Below, in pieces: positions 1 through 8,467 of a DNA stretch of 64,000 bases; positions within the stretch are counted from its first letter, which is position 1, and every line of letters starts with the position of its first letter. This stretch comes from a virus: positions 32,001-96,000 of IMG/VR virus record IMGVR_UViG_3300036773_000096; one strand, 5' to 3'. Both the position numbers and the translations under genes were made by a program. The notes beneath the pieces were generated by a model. That model saw only the letters and a program-made list of their open reading frames with translations, was not told the DNA's origin and did no database searches.

Positions 1-138
1 GTCGGCTGCCGCGCTGGATACCTGACCCTGCGCTGCGGACAGCTGGGACTGAAGCGAGGTCACCTTGTCTCGCATGGCGCTGACGTAACCGCTTACGTCG
101 TCCTTCAGCCGCTGAATCTGCTCGCCTTCGTTGGCCAT
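1..138 (-). CDS. Partial coiled-coil protein (runs off the left edge)
   Basis: AGGAG RBS then ATG at 138: MANEGEQIQRLKDDVSGYVSAMRDKVTSLQSQLSAAQ; not in the ORF track; an upstream in-frame ATG is possible. Confidence 0.5.
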   Translation of the reverse strand, partial: MANEGEQIQRLKDDVSGYVSAMRDKVTSLQSQLSAAQGQVSSAAAD

Positions 139-323
139 GAGATCTCCTATGTGTCGGTGGCGTACATGGATCTGGTGGATCTGCTGCATGATCGACCGGG
201 CGTTGGGCGCTTGCCCATGTCGGCCGTGCCCGGCGCCCCCGGCGTCTTGCGCGTGGTCTTCGGTCACGCCCGTCATCATCGAGCGTGCACGGGCTCTATC
301 CCTGCCGACGCGCCGTAGCGGGC

Positions 324-740
324 TCACGGCCAGGTGATGCCATGGGCCTTGAGCAGCAACTGCGCCCGCTCGAAGTCGGCGGTGAGCTGGTTGGTCTGGA
401 TGGTCAACGCCCGCACGCGAGCCTCGGCGTCCTCATAGTTCTTTGTCGCCGCGTCGGCGGTCTCGGTCAGGCGCGCGACTCGGACCTCCAGGCGTTCAAT
501 CTCACTGCGCATCGGGTCCAGAAGCACCACGGTGGCGTCGGCGACCTTTTTCAGTGAATCGGAGTCCAGGGAGCGCCGGGTGGACCGGGCGGTGATCAGT
601 GCGGCGAACCCGGAACCGGTGAAGATCGCTACTACGGCGGCGGCGATGATCCCGTAGAGCCCCCCCACTCCCCCGCCAGTGCCACTGCCGGGGATGGGCG
701 GTGCGGGTGGGGCGGCGAGCAACAGATCCAGCAGGATCAC
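324..740 (-). CDS. Membrane protein with one TM segment and a coiled coil (lysis-cassette type)
   Basis: TM GLYGIIAAAVVAIFTGSGFAALI followed by heptads; GTGA-coupled to the upstream gene. Confidence 0.6.
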   Translation of the reverse strand: MILLDLLLAAPPAPPIPGSGTGGGVGGLYGIIAAAVVAIFTGSGFAALITARSTRRSLDSDSLKKVADATVVLLDPMRSEIERLEVRVARLTETADAATKNYEDAEARVRALTIQTNQLTADFERAQLLLKAHGITWP

Positions 741-1159
741 GGCGCGGCCTCAACTCTTGCGATGGCGGCCCGCCAGCGCCGCAACTCCAGGGTGATCTCG
801 ACGATGCGCCAGAGGCCGGCAATCCCGAACAGTGACGTGATGAGTCCACCGAGCCCGGCGGCGAACCCAGCGATGGCATACAGCGCGATCGGGTAAGTCA
901 TCAAGGCGCCGGAGAAAAAGAACATGCCGACGCGCTCACCGATGAGTCGGTCGCGGATGTCGGGCAGCCACACGCACACCGAGTTGATCACCCCGCCGAG
1001 CAGGAGAACCGCGTAGTAAGCGGTGCGGTAAGGCTCCGGAATGAAGTGATCCAGCGCTGATGCCGGATTGGGCGGCAAGACCAGCCCCAGGATGCCCGCG
1101 ATGACAACGGCACCCATCGTGAACACCGACAGCGGGTGGCGGCCGTCGTGGACGACCAT
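737..1159 (-). CDS. Multi-pass membrane protein, holin-like candidate
   Basis: About 4 hydrophobic segments from MVVHDGRHPLSVF; located downstream of the tail fibre genes; start trimmed from ORF 737..1396. Confidence 0.55.
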   Translation of the reverse strand: MVVHDGRHPLSVFTMGAVVIAGILGLVLPPNPASALDHFIPEPYRTAYYAVLLLGGVINSVCVWLPDIRDRLIGERVGMFFFSGALMTYPIALYAIAGFAAGLGGLITSLFGIAGLWRIVEITLELRRWRAAIARVEAAP

Positions 1160-1190
1160 CACAGCGGCCCCGACGACTGGCGGTGGCGGG

Positions 1191-1439
1191 TCAGTTCGGC
1201 GCATCGGCCTGCTCGCTGACGAGATCGGGGCGCGGCGCCTCGGTCGGTGCCTCATCGGCGCGGTGCAGCTCAATGCGCCGCTCCAGCTCGGCCAGCTGCG
1301 CACTGAACTGCTCGAACTCGGCAACCTCGACGGCCTCTTCGCGGCGCAGCACGAGCCGGAAGTGCTCGCCCTCCAGCACCGTGATCCGCTCGGCACGCAG
1401 CGCGTCGATGTCGCGCCCAGTCAGGTTCTTGTATTGCAT
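1191..1439 (-). CDS. Small helical protein (possible tail fibre assembly chaperone)
   Basis: 82 aa, starts 3 nt after the fibre stop codon, normal composition. Confidence 0.55.
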   Translation of the reverse strand: MQYKNLTGRDIDALRAERITVLEGEHFRLVLRREEAVEVAEFEQFSAQLAELERRIELHRADEAPTEAPRPDLVSEQADAPN

Positions 1440-1442
1440 CAG

Positions 1443-3185
1443 TTAGGCCGCCGCGTAGGTCTCGACGATGCTTTCCCTCACCTTGAGGTCCGCCCGACGC
1501 AGGCGCGCGTCACTGGCGTAGGCGTAGAGCAGCGCTTGGAAGCGCATACGGAACGTGGTGCCGGCCGCCGCCGTGACGGGGATGGTCACCGTCCAGGTGT
1601 TCTGGATGCCCGGCGCCTGCGGGAACGTCCCGTCCACCGTGGTCGCGGCGGCCTCCTGGTAGTCGGTGTCGGCCAGCGTGAACGAGCCTCCGCCGATGGA
1701 GTAGAACCAGCGAATCTGGAGCACCTGGCGATCAGGGTTGGCGCCGGAGTTCTGCTTAAAGAACAGCGCTTCGAGACGCATCTCGACCTCAAGCTGCGTG
1801 ATCGACGCGCTGCGCACGGTCATCGTGGGCCAGTCGTAGGTGAAGCTGCCGTTGCTGGCGACGAACTGGCCGTCGGGGTAGTCGCCGGGCACCACCCAGA
1901 TCTTCTTACTGGTGTGCAGTACCGGCTGGCGGACGTCGCGCAGGTGGTTGGGTTTGGTGCCGCTGCCCCGCCACGGGGCGTTGGATGACATCTGCCCGAT
2001 CGGGCTGACCTTCGCCACGATCACCTGATCCGGCGCCCCGGAGATGATCTCCGACTGGTACCAGCGAGACAGATCCCCGGTCCATGTCGCCGTCGACGAT
2101 GGGTAGGAGGCGAAGCGGGCGGCGTCGCGGGTGGGGTCACCGTAGTTGTTGAACTGGGTGCCCACCGTGGAACTCAGACCATTGGCCTGATCAATCCCGA
2201 CGAAGCCTGTCATGCCAGGGAACGGGTTGAACGGGGTGGAGCCCGACTGCGAGGCGGCGTTGGGGAACCACGCGAGACGCGCGGTGGCCAGCTTCACCAG
2301 GCTCGCCCCGACGTCCAGCTCACCGGTCCAATCAGTGGCGATCCGGCCGATGCTGATCAGGTTCGGGGCCACGGAGAAAATCGACGCCGCGTCGGAGCTG
2401 CCCGGCTGGAAACGGTTCGCTTGCCAGATCACCCGCGTCGGTGCGGACTCCTGCCCGTAGCCCAGCAGACCCGTGTTGATGGCCCCAGTGGCTTGCGGTG
2501 CCACCGACAGCCCCGCAGCCGTGCTGGGTGTGACCCCACCGAACGCGGCGCTCTGGGTGGACGTGAGCTGTCCCGTGCCCGAGATGGTCAACACGTTGCT
2601 GCCGCTGGAGTCGATCGCCCGCAGCAACTCCGTGACGTTGGTGTCGCCGGCCTTCAGCTCCAGCGCCCGCTCCACCCCGAACGCGGTGATCCGGGCTCGC
2701 ACGGCCGCCGGCAGCGAGTCCAGGGAACCGACCGCGAGACGGCCGATGGTGGGCTCGGCGGCGTTGCCCAGGATCAGGGCGTTGCGGGCCTTGACCGTGC
2801 CATCCCATGACGAGGTCAGTCCAGCGGTGGCGACGCTGGCGTGCTCAATACGCAGCGCCTCAGCGGTAACAGCCGGCGCGGTGTCCGGGGGGCGCACCAG
2901 TAGGCGTTCGGGGATCCAGGACTGCGCATGCCAGGAACCGCCCGCATCGGTGCGGTAGAGGGAGTAGGCGGTGACGCCGGAGCCCAAATCCAGGGTGCGC
3001 TGGAAGTACTCGGCGGACACCAGCGCGGGCGAGCCGACCGGCAGGGTGGCCCCGGCGGTGCGCTGATCGACCGCGACCCGCGTCTCTAAGTCCAGGAAGT
3101 CGGTGTTGAACCCGGTCCGCGAGGGAGAGTCGACGCCGCTAGACCACTGCTCCAGCCCCAGCCGGGGGGTGCGGGTGAGGGTCAC
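1443..3185 (-). CDS. Tail fibre / receptor-binding protein
   Basis: 580 aa, G/S/T-rich beta character, N-terminal TPRLGL baseplate-attachment-type motif, follows baseplate J and I. Confidence 0.75.
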   Translation of the reverse strand: MTLTRTPRLGLEQWSSGVDSPSRTGFNTDFLDLETRVAVDQRTAGATLPVGSPALVSAEYFQRTLDLGSGVTAYSLYRTDAGGSWHAQSWIPERLLVRPPDTAPAVTAEALRIEHASVATAGLTSSWDGTVKARNALILGNAAEPTIGRLAVGSLDSLPAAVRARITAFGVERALELKAGDTNVTELLRAIDSSGSNVLTISGTGQLTSTQSAAFGGVTPSTAAGLSVAPQATGAINTGLLGYGQESAPTRVIWQANRFQPGSSDAASIFSVAPNLISIGRIATDWTGELDVGASLVKLATARLAWFPNAASQSGSTPFNPFPGMTGFVGIDQANGLSSTVGTQFNNYGDPTRDAARFASYPSSTATWTGDLSRWYQSEIISGAPDQVIVAKVSPIGQMSSNAPWRGSGTKPNHLRDVRQPVLHTSKKIWVVPGDYPDGQFVASNGSFTYDWPTMTVRSASITQLEVEMRLEALFFKQNSGANPDRQVLQIRWFYSIGGGSFTLADTDYQEAAATTVDGTFPQAPGIQNTWTVTIPVTAAAGTTFRMRFQALLYAYASDARLRRADLKVRESIVETYAAA

Positions 3186-3403
3186 GGCGTGATCGTGTCA
3201 GGCACAGTGGGGTCCGACTGGGAGTGACACGCGGGCGGCAGGTCGCCGGGGGCAGGAACGCTCATGGCAGCCGGGCGGAATCCCCAGGACCCGCATGCTG
3301 GGCACGCGGGTCAATGACCCAGCCGAACGCACCTTAACCGCTGGACTATGAAGTGGCGGGGACGGCCTTGACCCCCCAGCGGCGACCTGGGCACACCCTA
3401 TGG

Positions 3404-4603
3404 CTAGCCGTGATATTCGCGGGCGTCCCACGCGTCGACTGCGATGGTTTCCGCCACGCCCATGCCGTCGATCTGCACGGCGACGCTCGCGGTGGTCGCC
3501 CCCGTCGGTGCGGTGGCCACAAAGAACGGCACACGGGTCCACACGCCGGCCGCCAGGGTGAAGTCCGGGCCCGTCGCGGTCGCCCCAGTCGACCACGTGC
3601 GGATCAGCCGCCCGGTACGGACGTTGTTGGGCTTCAGGGCGCACGCGCTGCGGTAGTCGTGCGCGGCGGTCACCGCGAACGTCGAAGACGTGAGCTTGAC
3701 CTGCCCCGCTGCGGTGGCGTGCACGATGGCCTGACCCAGGCCGTCCACCCCGCCGGCCAGCCACGTGACCGTAGTGTTCGCCCCGGCGGTCCAGCCGGTG
3801 ACGTTGGCCTCGTAGGACGCGTTGGGCACCAGATTGCCGGGCACGTCGGCGTAGGACAGCCCCGTGTCGGACAGCCGGTCCCAGGTGACCACACCGAGAC
3901 TGTCGGACTCCCACAGGTCCCAGGTGGGGCGCGCGGACTCCAGGATGTCCCAGGAGGCACCGAAGTTCACTAGGTGCAGAACCACCCCGGCCGGTTTGAC
4001 GCCCTTGCGGGTGATCGCACCGAGCACCGCTGACGGGTCGGGGGTTTCCGACGACCGGGTCATGATCGCCACATCCCACGGGCCGCCCGCCGCGCCGCCG
4101 TCGGTCATGTGCGGCACACACTTCGCGTACTGCGACCCGGTCAAGGCGGTGCGCGCCGCGTACTCGATGCTCGCCGCGCTGCCAGCCAGCCAACCGGAAG
4201 TGGCATACCGGATGGTGTCGCGCTGCTCGGCGACGGACGCGGCCGGATCCAGGGTGCCGCCGACCATCTGCACCAGCCACGGCAGCCACGCCGCGTCGGC
4301 CACCGTGGGGTCACCCAGCTCCGATAGCCGCAGTACGCGGTTGGCGTTGTAGTCATCCACCGCATCGGGGTGCAGTGACCACGGGATGGGTGCGGCGGGT
4401 CCGACGGGACGCTGCCCGGTGATGCGATCAATGACGGTGTCGATCGCTCCCAACTCCTGGGTGACGGCGTCGATGTAGAGCAGGAACGGGTAGCCGGAGT
4501 TCGCATCGAAGGTCCGGTAGGCCTCCGGGAGGCGATCGAAGATGCGGGTCGCGAAACCGTTCACCGCCGGGCGTGCCGGCAGGGTCGGGATGGCGGTGGT
4601 CAT
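3404..4603 (-). CDS. Baseplate wedge / tail protein I-like with a C-terminal carbohydrate-binding-module-like domain
   Basis: RIFDRLPEAYR, WLPWLVQMVG and KPAGVVL motifs of gpI-like proteins; NLVPNASYEANVTGW begins a CBM-like domain. Confidence 0.8.
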   Translation of the reverse strand: MTTAIPTLPARPAVNGFATRIFDRLPEAYRTFDANSGYPFLLYIDAVTQELGAIDTVIDRITGQRPVGPAAPIPWSLHPDAVDDYNANRVLRLSELGDPTVADAAWLPWLVQMVGGTLDPAASVAEQRDTIRYATSGWLAGSAASIEYAARTALTGSQYAKCVPHMTDGGAAGGPWDVAIMTRSSETPDPSAVLGAITRKGVKPAGVVLHLVNFGASWDILESARPTWDLWESDSLGVVTWDRLSDTGLSYADVPGNLVPNASYEANVTGWTAGANTTVTWLAGGVDGLGQAIVHATAAGQVKLTSSTFAVTAAHDYRSACALKPNNVRTGRLIRTWSTGATATGPDFTLAAGVWTRVPFFVATAPTGATTASVAVQIDGMGVAETIAVDAWDAREYHG

Positions 4604-4890
4604 GAGAGGGCCATCACGGTGATGCCACTACCGGAGCACCTGAAATCCCCGCTGGAGTGACTGAGCAGCATCAAACCTTTAGATGTCACGACTGCCGCCG
4701 CTATGAGCAGACCGCACTCCGGGCAACGCGGAGCGACAGGGACGGCCTGCTTGCAGGTGAGTTCTTCGTGGGCGAACTGGGGCAGCAACTCGTCGTGCAA
4801 CCAACCGATGCTTTTGATCAGCGCGATGGGACGCTGACAGTTCCGGCAGGCGTTGCGGTCCAGCACCACCACGTGGCCCTCAATGTTCAC
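4600..4890 (-). CDS. Small Cys/His-rich protein inserted in the baseplate operon
   Basis: CRNC, CPEC, H..C motifs; 4-nt overlaps with both neighbours. Confidence 0.6.
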   Translation of the reverse strand: MNIEGHVVVLDRNACRNCQRPIALIKSIGWLHDELLPQFAHEELTCKQAVPVAPRCPECGLLIAAAVVTSKGLMLLSHSSGDFRCSGSGITVMALS

Positions 4891-6047
4891 GGAGCCTCCG
4901 TGACGGTGACCGTCCCGGCCTGCGGCAGGGCCTTCGGGGTGGTCGCCGCGACGTCCCCCGAGCCCGCGTTGAGAGTGACACTGACGACGTAGTCGACACC
5001 GGGCACCTGGTCGATGACGGAAACGAACTCATTATGGCGCAGCGGTGCCCCCGGTGCCCAGGTCAACGGGTTGATGTAGTTGCGGATCGTGGCGATCACG
5101 GCAGCGGCCACCGTGGCCGGCGTGAACCCGGCGGCGGTGCGGATGCTGGCCACCACCGCGATGGTGTCCAGGCCGGCGTTGATGACGTGCACCGCGAGCA
5201 TCGCCGCCGACTGGGCTTGGATGGTGGTTTGGATGCTCGTGAGGTCCGGAGTGGTCAACGGGAGCCCCGTGGGGTCCAGGACGCAGATGGTGATGTGACC
5301 GGGGTCCGCGCCGGGCGTATGTGGTGAGCCCACAGACCCATCCCACAGATCCACTGTCATCACGCGGCCGACCCGCACATCTTCATCGACAGCGGCGTTG
5401 AATTGTCGCGGGACCACAAGACAGTCCGAGAGTCGCTGAAGTCGGGCCACGCCCCGGTCACGCCACGCGGTGTCGGTTTCGGCGTCGCGTCCCCCGGCCA
5501 CCGTCGAAGCCAGGGTCACGGTCTGCACCATGGACAGCTGGTCGGCGAGCACCAGCCGGGCTCCGGCGGCGACCCCGTTGGCAGCGGCGGTGTTGATCTG
5601 AGAGATCAGGTTCACGGTCGCGGAGGTGGCCCCGGCGGCGATCTGGGTGTCCGGGGTTTGTGCCAGGAACACCACCGTGCCCGTGGCCAAGGGCAAATAG
5701 AATCTCGTCCCCGTCGGAATGGTGTAGCCCAGGCCGTCGGCGACGGCGATGGTGGCCGTGGCGATCGCGGGAGCACCGAAGTCCTTATCGACCCCGGCGA
5801 GGTGCAGGATCGCTTCGACCACAGCGCCGGGCAGGCGGTTGATGGTGGCGACGTTCTCCGCGATGGCCAGCGCGATCGCTTCCATGAGAACGACTTCGGT
5901 GTTGCCTTCGCGGGCGACCCATCCGGGGTTGACGATGCCGTAGTAGGCGATCATCGCCGAGATCAGGTCTGATGAGGGGACGTCGAAGACGCGTAGGTCA
6001 ACGTAGGCACCCAGGTCGGTGGGTGGCCTGATCAGTGGTGCGCTCAC
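4887..6047 (-). CDS. Baseplate J-like protein
   Basis: GGRDAETD..WRDR motif and C-terminal VIDQVPGVDYV typical of gpJ/gp47. Confidence 0.92.
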   Translation of the reverse strand: MSAPLIRPPTDLGAYVDLRVFDVPSSDLISAMIAYYGIVNPGWVAREGNTEVVLMEAIALAIAENVATINRLPGAVVEAILHLAGVDKDFGAPAIATATIAVADGLGYTIPTGTRFYLPLATGTVVFLAQTPDTQIAAGATSATVNLISQINTAAANGVAAGARLVLADQLSMVQTVTLASTVAGGRDAETDTAWRDRGVARLQRLSDCLVVPRQFNAAVDEDVRVGRVMTVDLWDGSVGSPHTPGADPGHITICVLDPTGLPLTTPDLTSIQTTIQAQSAAMLAVHVINAGLDTIAVVASIRTAAGFTPATVAAAVIATIRNYINPLTWAPGAPLRHNEFVSVIDQVPGVDYVVSVTLNAGSGDVAATTPKALPQAGTVTVTEAP

Positions 6048-6364
6048 GTTTGGCGCTCCCAGTCGATAGCGACCTCTTCCCGGTCCCCACGGGTGTCCCC
6101 GCCGCGCCGTACCCGCACGGAGGTGACGTTGACGGCCGGGCCGAAGTCCAAGACGTGACGCGACAATGCGGGCGCCTCCCAGCCGGAGAACGCGGGGTCG
6201 GCGATGCCGAAAGTGGGCGCGGTGGCCCGCTCGCCGGGGCGGGTCAGAACGGCGACGGCGAGCTGGTTCTCCACGTCACGATCGGAGTTCTGATCGACGA
6301 CGGCCACCGAACCGCCCGGTCCGAGCTGGAAGGGGAAGTCCCACACTTGTGCCACGTCGCGCAT
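6044..6364 (-). CDS. Baseplate wedge protein, gp25/GPW-like
   Basis: FPFQL, VLTRPGER..PTFGIADP motif; directly upstream of J; start trimmed to ATG 6364. Confidence 0.8.
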   Translation of the reverse strand: MRDVAQVWDFPFQLGPGGSVAVVDQNSDRDVENQLAVAVLTRPGERATAPTFGIADPAFSGWEAPALSRHVLDFGPAVNVTSVRVRRGGDTRGDREEVAIDWERQT

Positions 6365-6405
6365 CCTGACATGCCGCCCAGTGATCTCCAGCGGGGCGCG
6401 CGGGG

Positions 6406-7458
6406 TCAGAACTGCGCGACCGCCGCCAACAGCTTCACGGTGGCCACCACGGCGCCGGGCTGGCGCCCCCAGCCGCACCCGGTGGAGCCTCCGACGTTGT
6501 CACGGTTCGCCATCCGGGTGAAGGCATCCCAGGCCCAGCGGTGCTGCTCCAGCTGCGGTTCCCAGTGCGGATTGTTCGACGCGACCATGGCGCGGACGAA
6601 CCCGGCGGAGACGTGCACCGTTTCGGGCACGATCAGCTCGCCCATCGGGAGATAGAACTGGCGGGAGTACGGGGTGGGGTGGTGCCGGTCGCCGAAGGGG
6701 AGGTGGATCGCGTCGAGGATCTGACCGTGCGGCCAGTAGGTCCACATGGCGTTGGCCAGCTCCACCAGTGGTCCGGCGTCGGGTGGACTGATCAGCGGGG
6801 AGTCATTTTTGTTGCCGTAACAGAAGTGCAGGATCCAGGTGGAGTCTTTCGGGGACTGGGCGATGAACTCACACGCCCGCCGAGCGAATCTCTCCGCGAC
6901 CGCAGCCTGTAGCCGGCGGGGGGATTTCGCGACGGCAACGGTTTGCAGGGGGCCTTCCCACTGGTAGACGGCGTTGCCGAAGGTGTAGCCGTGGATGAGG
7001 CTGATTTCGCGCTGCGCGGCGGCGGCCTCAGCGTCGTAGTAGCGCATCGGGTTGGCCCAGAAGAACGCACCGACGTTCATGGGATCGGCGATGCCGGCCT
7101 GCGGGCGCACTGCGGTGCGCAGCCTGGGGATGGTCCGCATGATGGGCAGTGCGGAGGCGACCTCGGCGGCGTAGGGCAGAGGCAGGGAGTCGGCGGTGAC
7201 CTTCACGCCGTGGCGGGGAATGGCGCGCGGTGGGTCCAGTAGGGGGCGCAGGTTGCGGTCTTCACTCATGCGCGACCGGCGCAGGATCCGGTAGCGGGGG
7301 TCTTGCGCGCGCTGCTCAATGAACTCGATGACCCAGTGGTGGCGGCGCTCGAAGGGCAGCGTGGTGATGGTGTCGCCCAGCTCGTCGACGATGAGGTTCA
7401 TCGACGCTTCGATGTTGTCGGGACTGACGCTGCCGACGATGTGCGTTCGCAAGGCCAT
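6406..7458 (-). CDS. MetE/UROD-like TIM-barrel protein (moron)
   Basis: HIVGS N-terminus, ILHFCYG and terminal STGCGWGR resemble the metal-ligand pattern of the cobalamin-independent methionine synthase fold; own TACTTT-N7-ATG promoter. Confidence 0.55.
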   Translation of the reverse strand: MALRTHIVGSVSPDNIEASMNLIVDELGDTITTLPFERRHHWVIEFIEQRAQDPRYRILRRSRMSEDRNLRPLLDPPRAIPRHGVKVTADSLPLPYAAEVASALPIMRTIPRLRTAVRPQAGIADPMNVGAFFWANPMRYYDAEAAAAQREISLIHGYTFGNAVYQWEGPLQTVAVAKSPRRLQAAVAERFARRACEFIAQSPKDSTWILHFCYGNKNDSPLISPPDAGPLVELANAMWTYWPHGQILDAIHLPFGDRHHPTPYSRQFYLPMGELIVPETVHVSAGFVRAMVASNNPHWEPQLEQHRWAWDAFTRMANRDNVGGSTGCGWGRQPGAVVATVKLLAAVAQF

Positions 7459-7465
7459 GGGAAAC

Positions 7466-7471
7466 AAAGTA
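7466..7471 (-). promoter_or_regulatory. -10 element of a leaderless promoter for the MetE-like gene
   Basis: TACTTT 7 nt upstream of ATG 7458. Confidence 0.45.
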
Positions 7472-7480
7472 TCCGAGCGG

Positions 7481-8467
7481 TCAGGCCACTCTGGTCATCT
7501 TCAGTTTCGATCCGGCCTTAAACAGGGTGGTCGACGGGTCGGAGACGTTTTGGCTGTATTGGATGGCGAAGTTCCCGGCGGTGGCGGCGACGACGAGCCC
7601 CCCGGCGGGGCGCGAGGACATCATTCCTCCGCCAGTCTTGCCGCCCATGATGTAAGAAGGTCCGTCGAACACGTCGTGCCAGATGGCGGCGTTGCCGGCG
7701 GGGTCACCGGAGAACCACGGCGCGACGCGGGGCACGGCGGTGCCCGTCGGCACCGTGAAGGTGATCTTGCAGCCTGGGGTGGGCTGCACGTCGACAATAA
7801 CCAACGCCTCCCACTCGTAGGTCGCCCCCGCGAGCACCGCCATGATCAGGCTGGTCGCCTGCGGGGTGGTCTGGCTGACGATCCCAGTCGCGTCGGCGGC
7901 CTGGAAGACATACCGGGTCGCGCCGACGCGCGTGGTGTCCTCCAGCACCGTTGTCCGAGCGGCCAGCGCGGTCGCCGCCGCCTGGATGGCGGTGATGTTC
8001 GTTTCGGCGGTACCAACACGGGTGGTTAAGGCAGTGATCGCGGCGGCGTTGGCCGCGATGTTCGTCTCGTCAGTGGTCAACCGCACCCCGTGCGCGGCGA
8101 TCGCCACAGCGTTGGCGGTGGTCGCTGTCGTGTTGGCCGCGATGTTCGTCTCGTCGGTGCCAACACGGGTGGTCAGGGCGGTCGCCGCCGCCTGGATCGC
8201 GGTCAGGGTAGCGGTCAGGGTGGAGATCTCGGCGATGGTGGGCGCCCGGCCGGGGATGCGCCCGATCACCGCGAGGCTGTCGCGGGAGGTGGAGATCTGG
8301 GCGAGCAGCACGGCCTCACCGACAGCGAGGTTGGGCACGGCCGTCGGGTAGGGGCCCATCGGTGCGTTGGGCGCCAGTAAGGGGATTTCCACGGTGACCC
8401 CGTGGGTGTCGACAGCGACGACGATGCCCCGGTGCATCGTGCCGAAGTCGGCGAGCTGCATGCTCAT
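7481..8467 (-). CDS. Baseplate spike (gp5/gpV OB fold) with coiled coil and C-terminal domain
   Basis: HRGIVVAV, VGEAVLL and LAVIG N-terminal OB-fold pattern; repeated TDETNIAAN heptads. Confidence 0.72.
   Translation of the reverse strand: MSMQLADFGTMHRGIVVAVDTHGVTVEIPLLAPNAPMGPYPTAVPNLAVGEAVLLAQISTSRDSLAVIGRIPGRAPTIAEISTLTATLTAIQAAATALTTRVGTDETNIAANTTATTANAVAIAAHGVRLTTDETNIAANAAAITALTTRVGTAETNITAIQAAATALAARTTVLEDTTRVGATRYVFQAADATGIVSQTTPQATSLIMAVLAGATYEWEALVIVDVQPTPGCKITFTVPTGTAVPRVAPWFSGDPAGNAAIWHDVFDGPSYIMGGKTGGGMMSSRPAGGLVVAATAGNFAIQYSQNVSDPSTTLFKAGSKLKMTRVA

Noticed and set aside
3198-4289. 363-aa alternative-frame ORF overlapping tail protein I
   Set aside because: Arg/Gly/Pro-rich off-frame text with no RBS or family pattern, unlike the nested ORF at 33386-33850
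7960-8200. Repeats in the spike gene considered as DGR template/variable repeats
   Set aside because: In-frame coiled-coil duplications; no adenine-specific mismatches and no reverse transcriptase in the window
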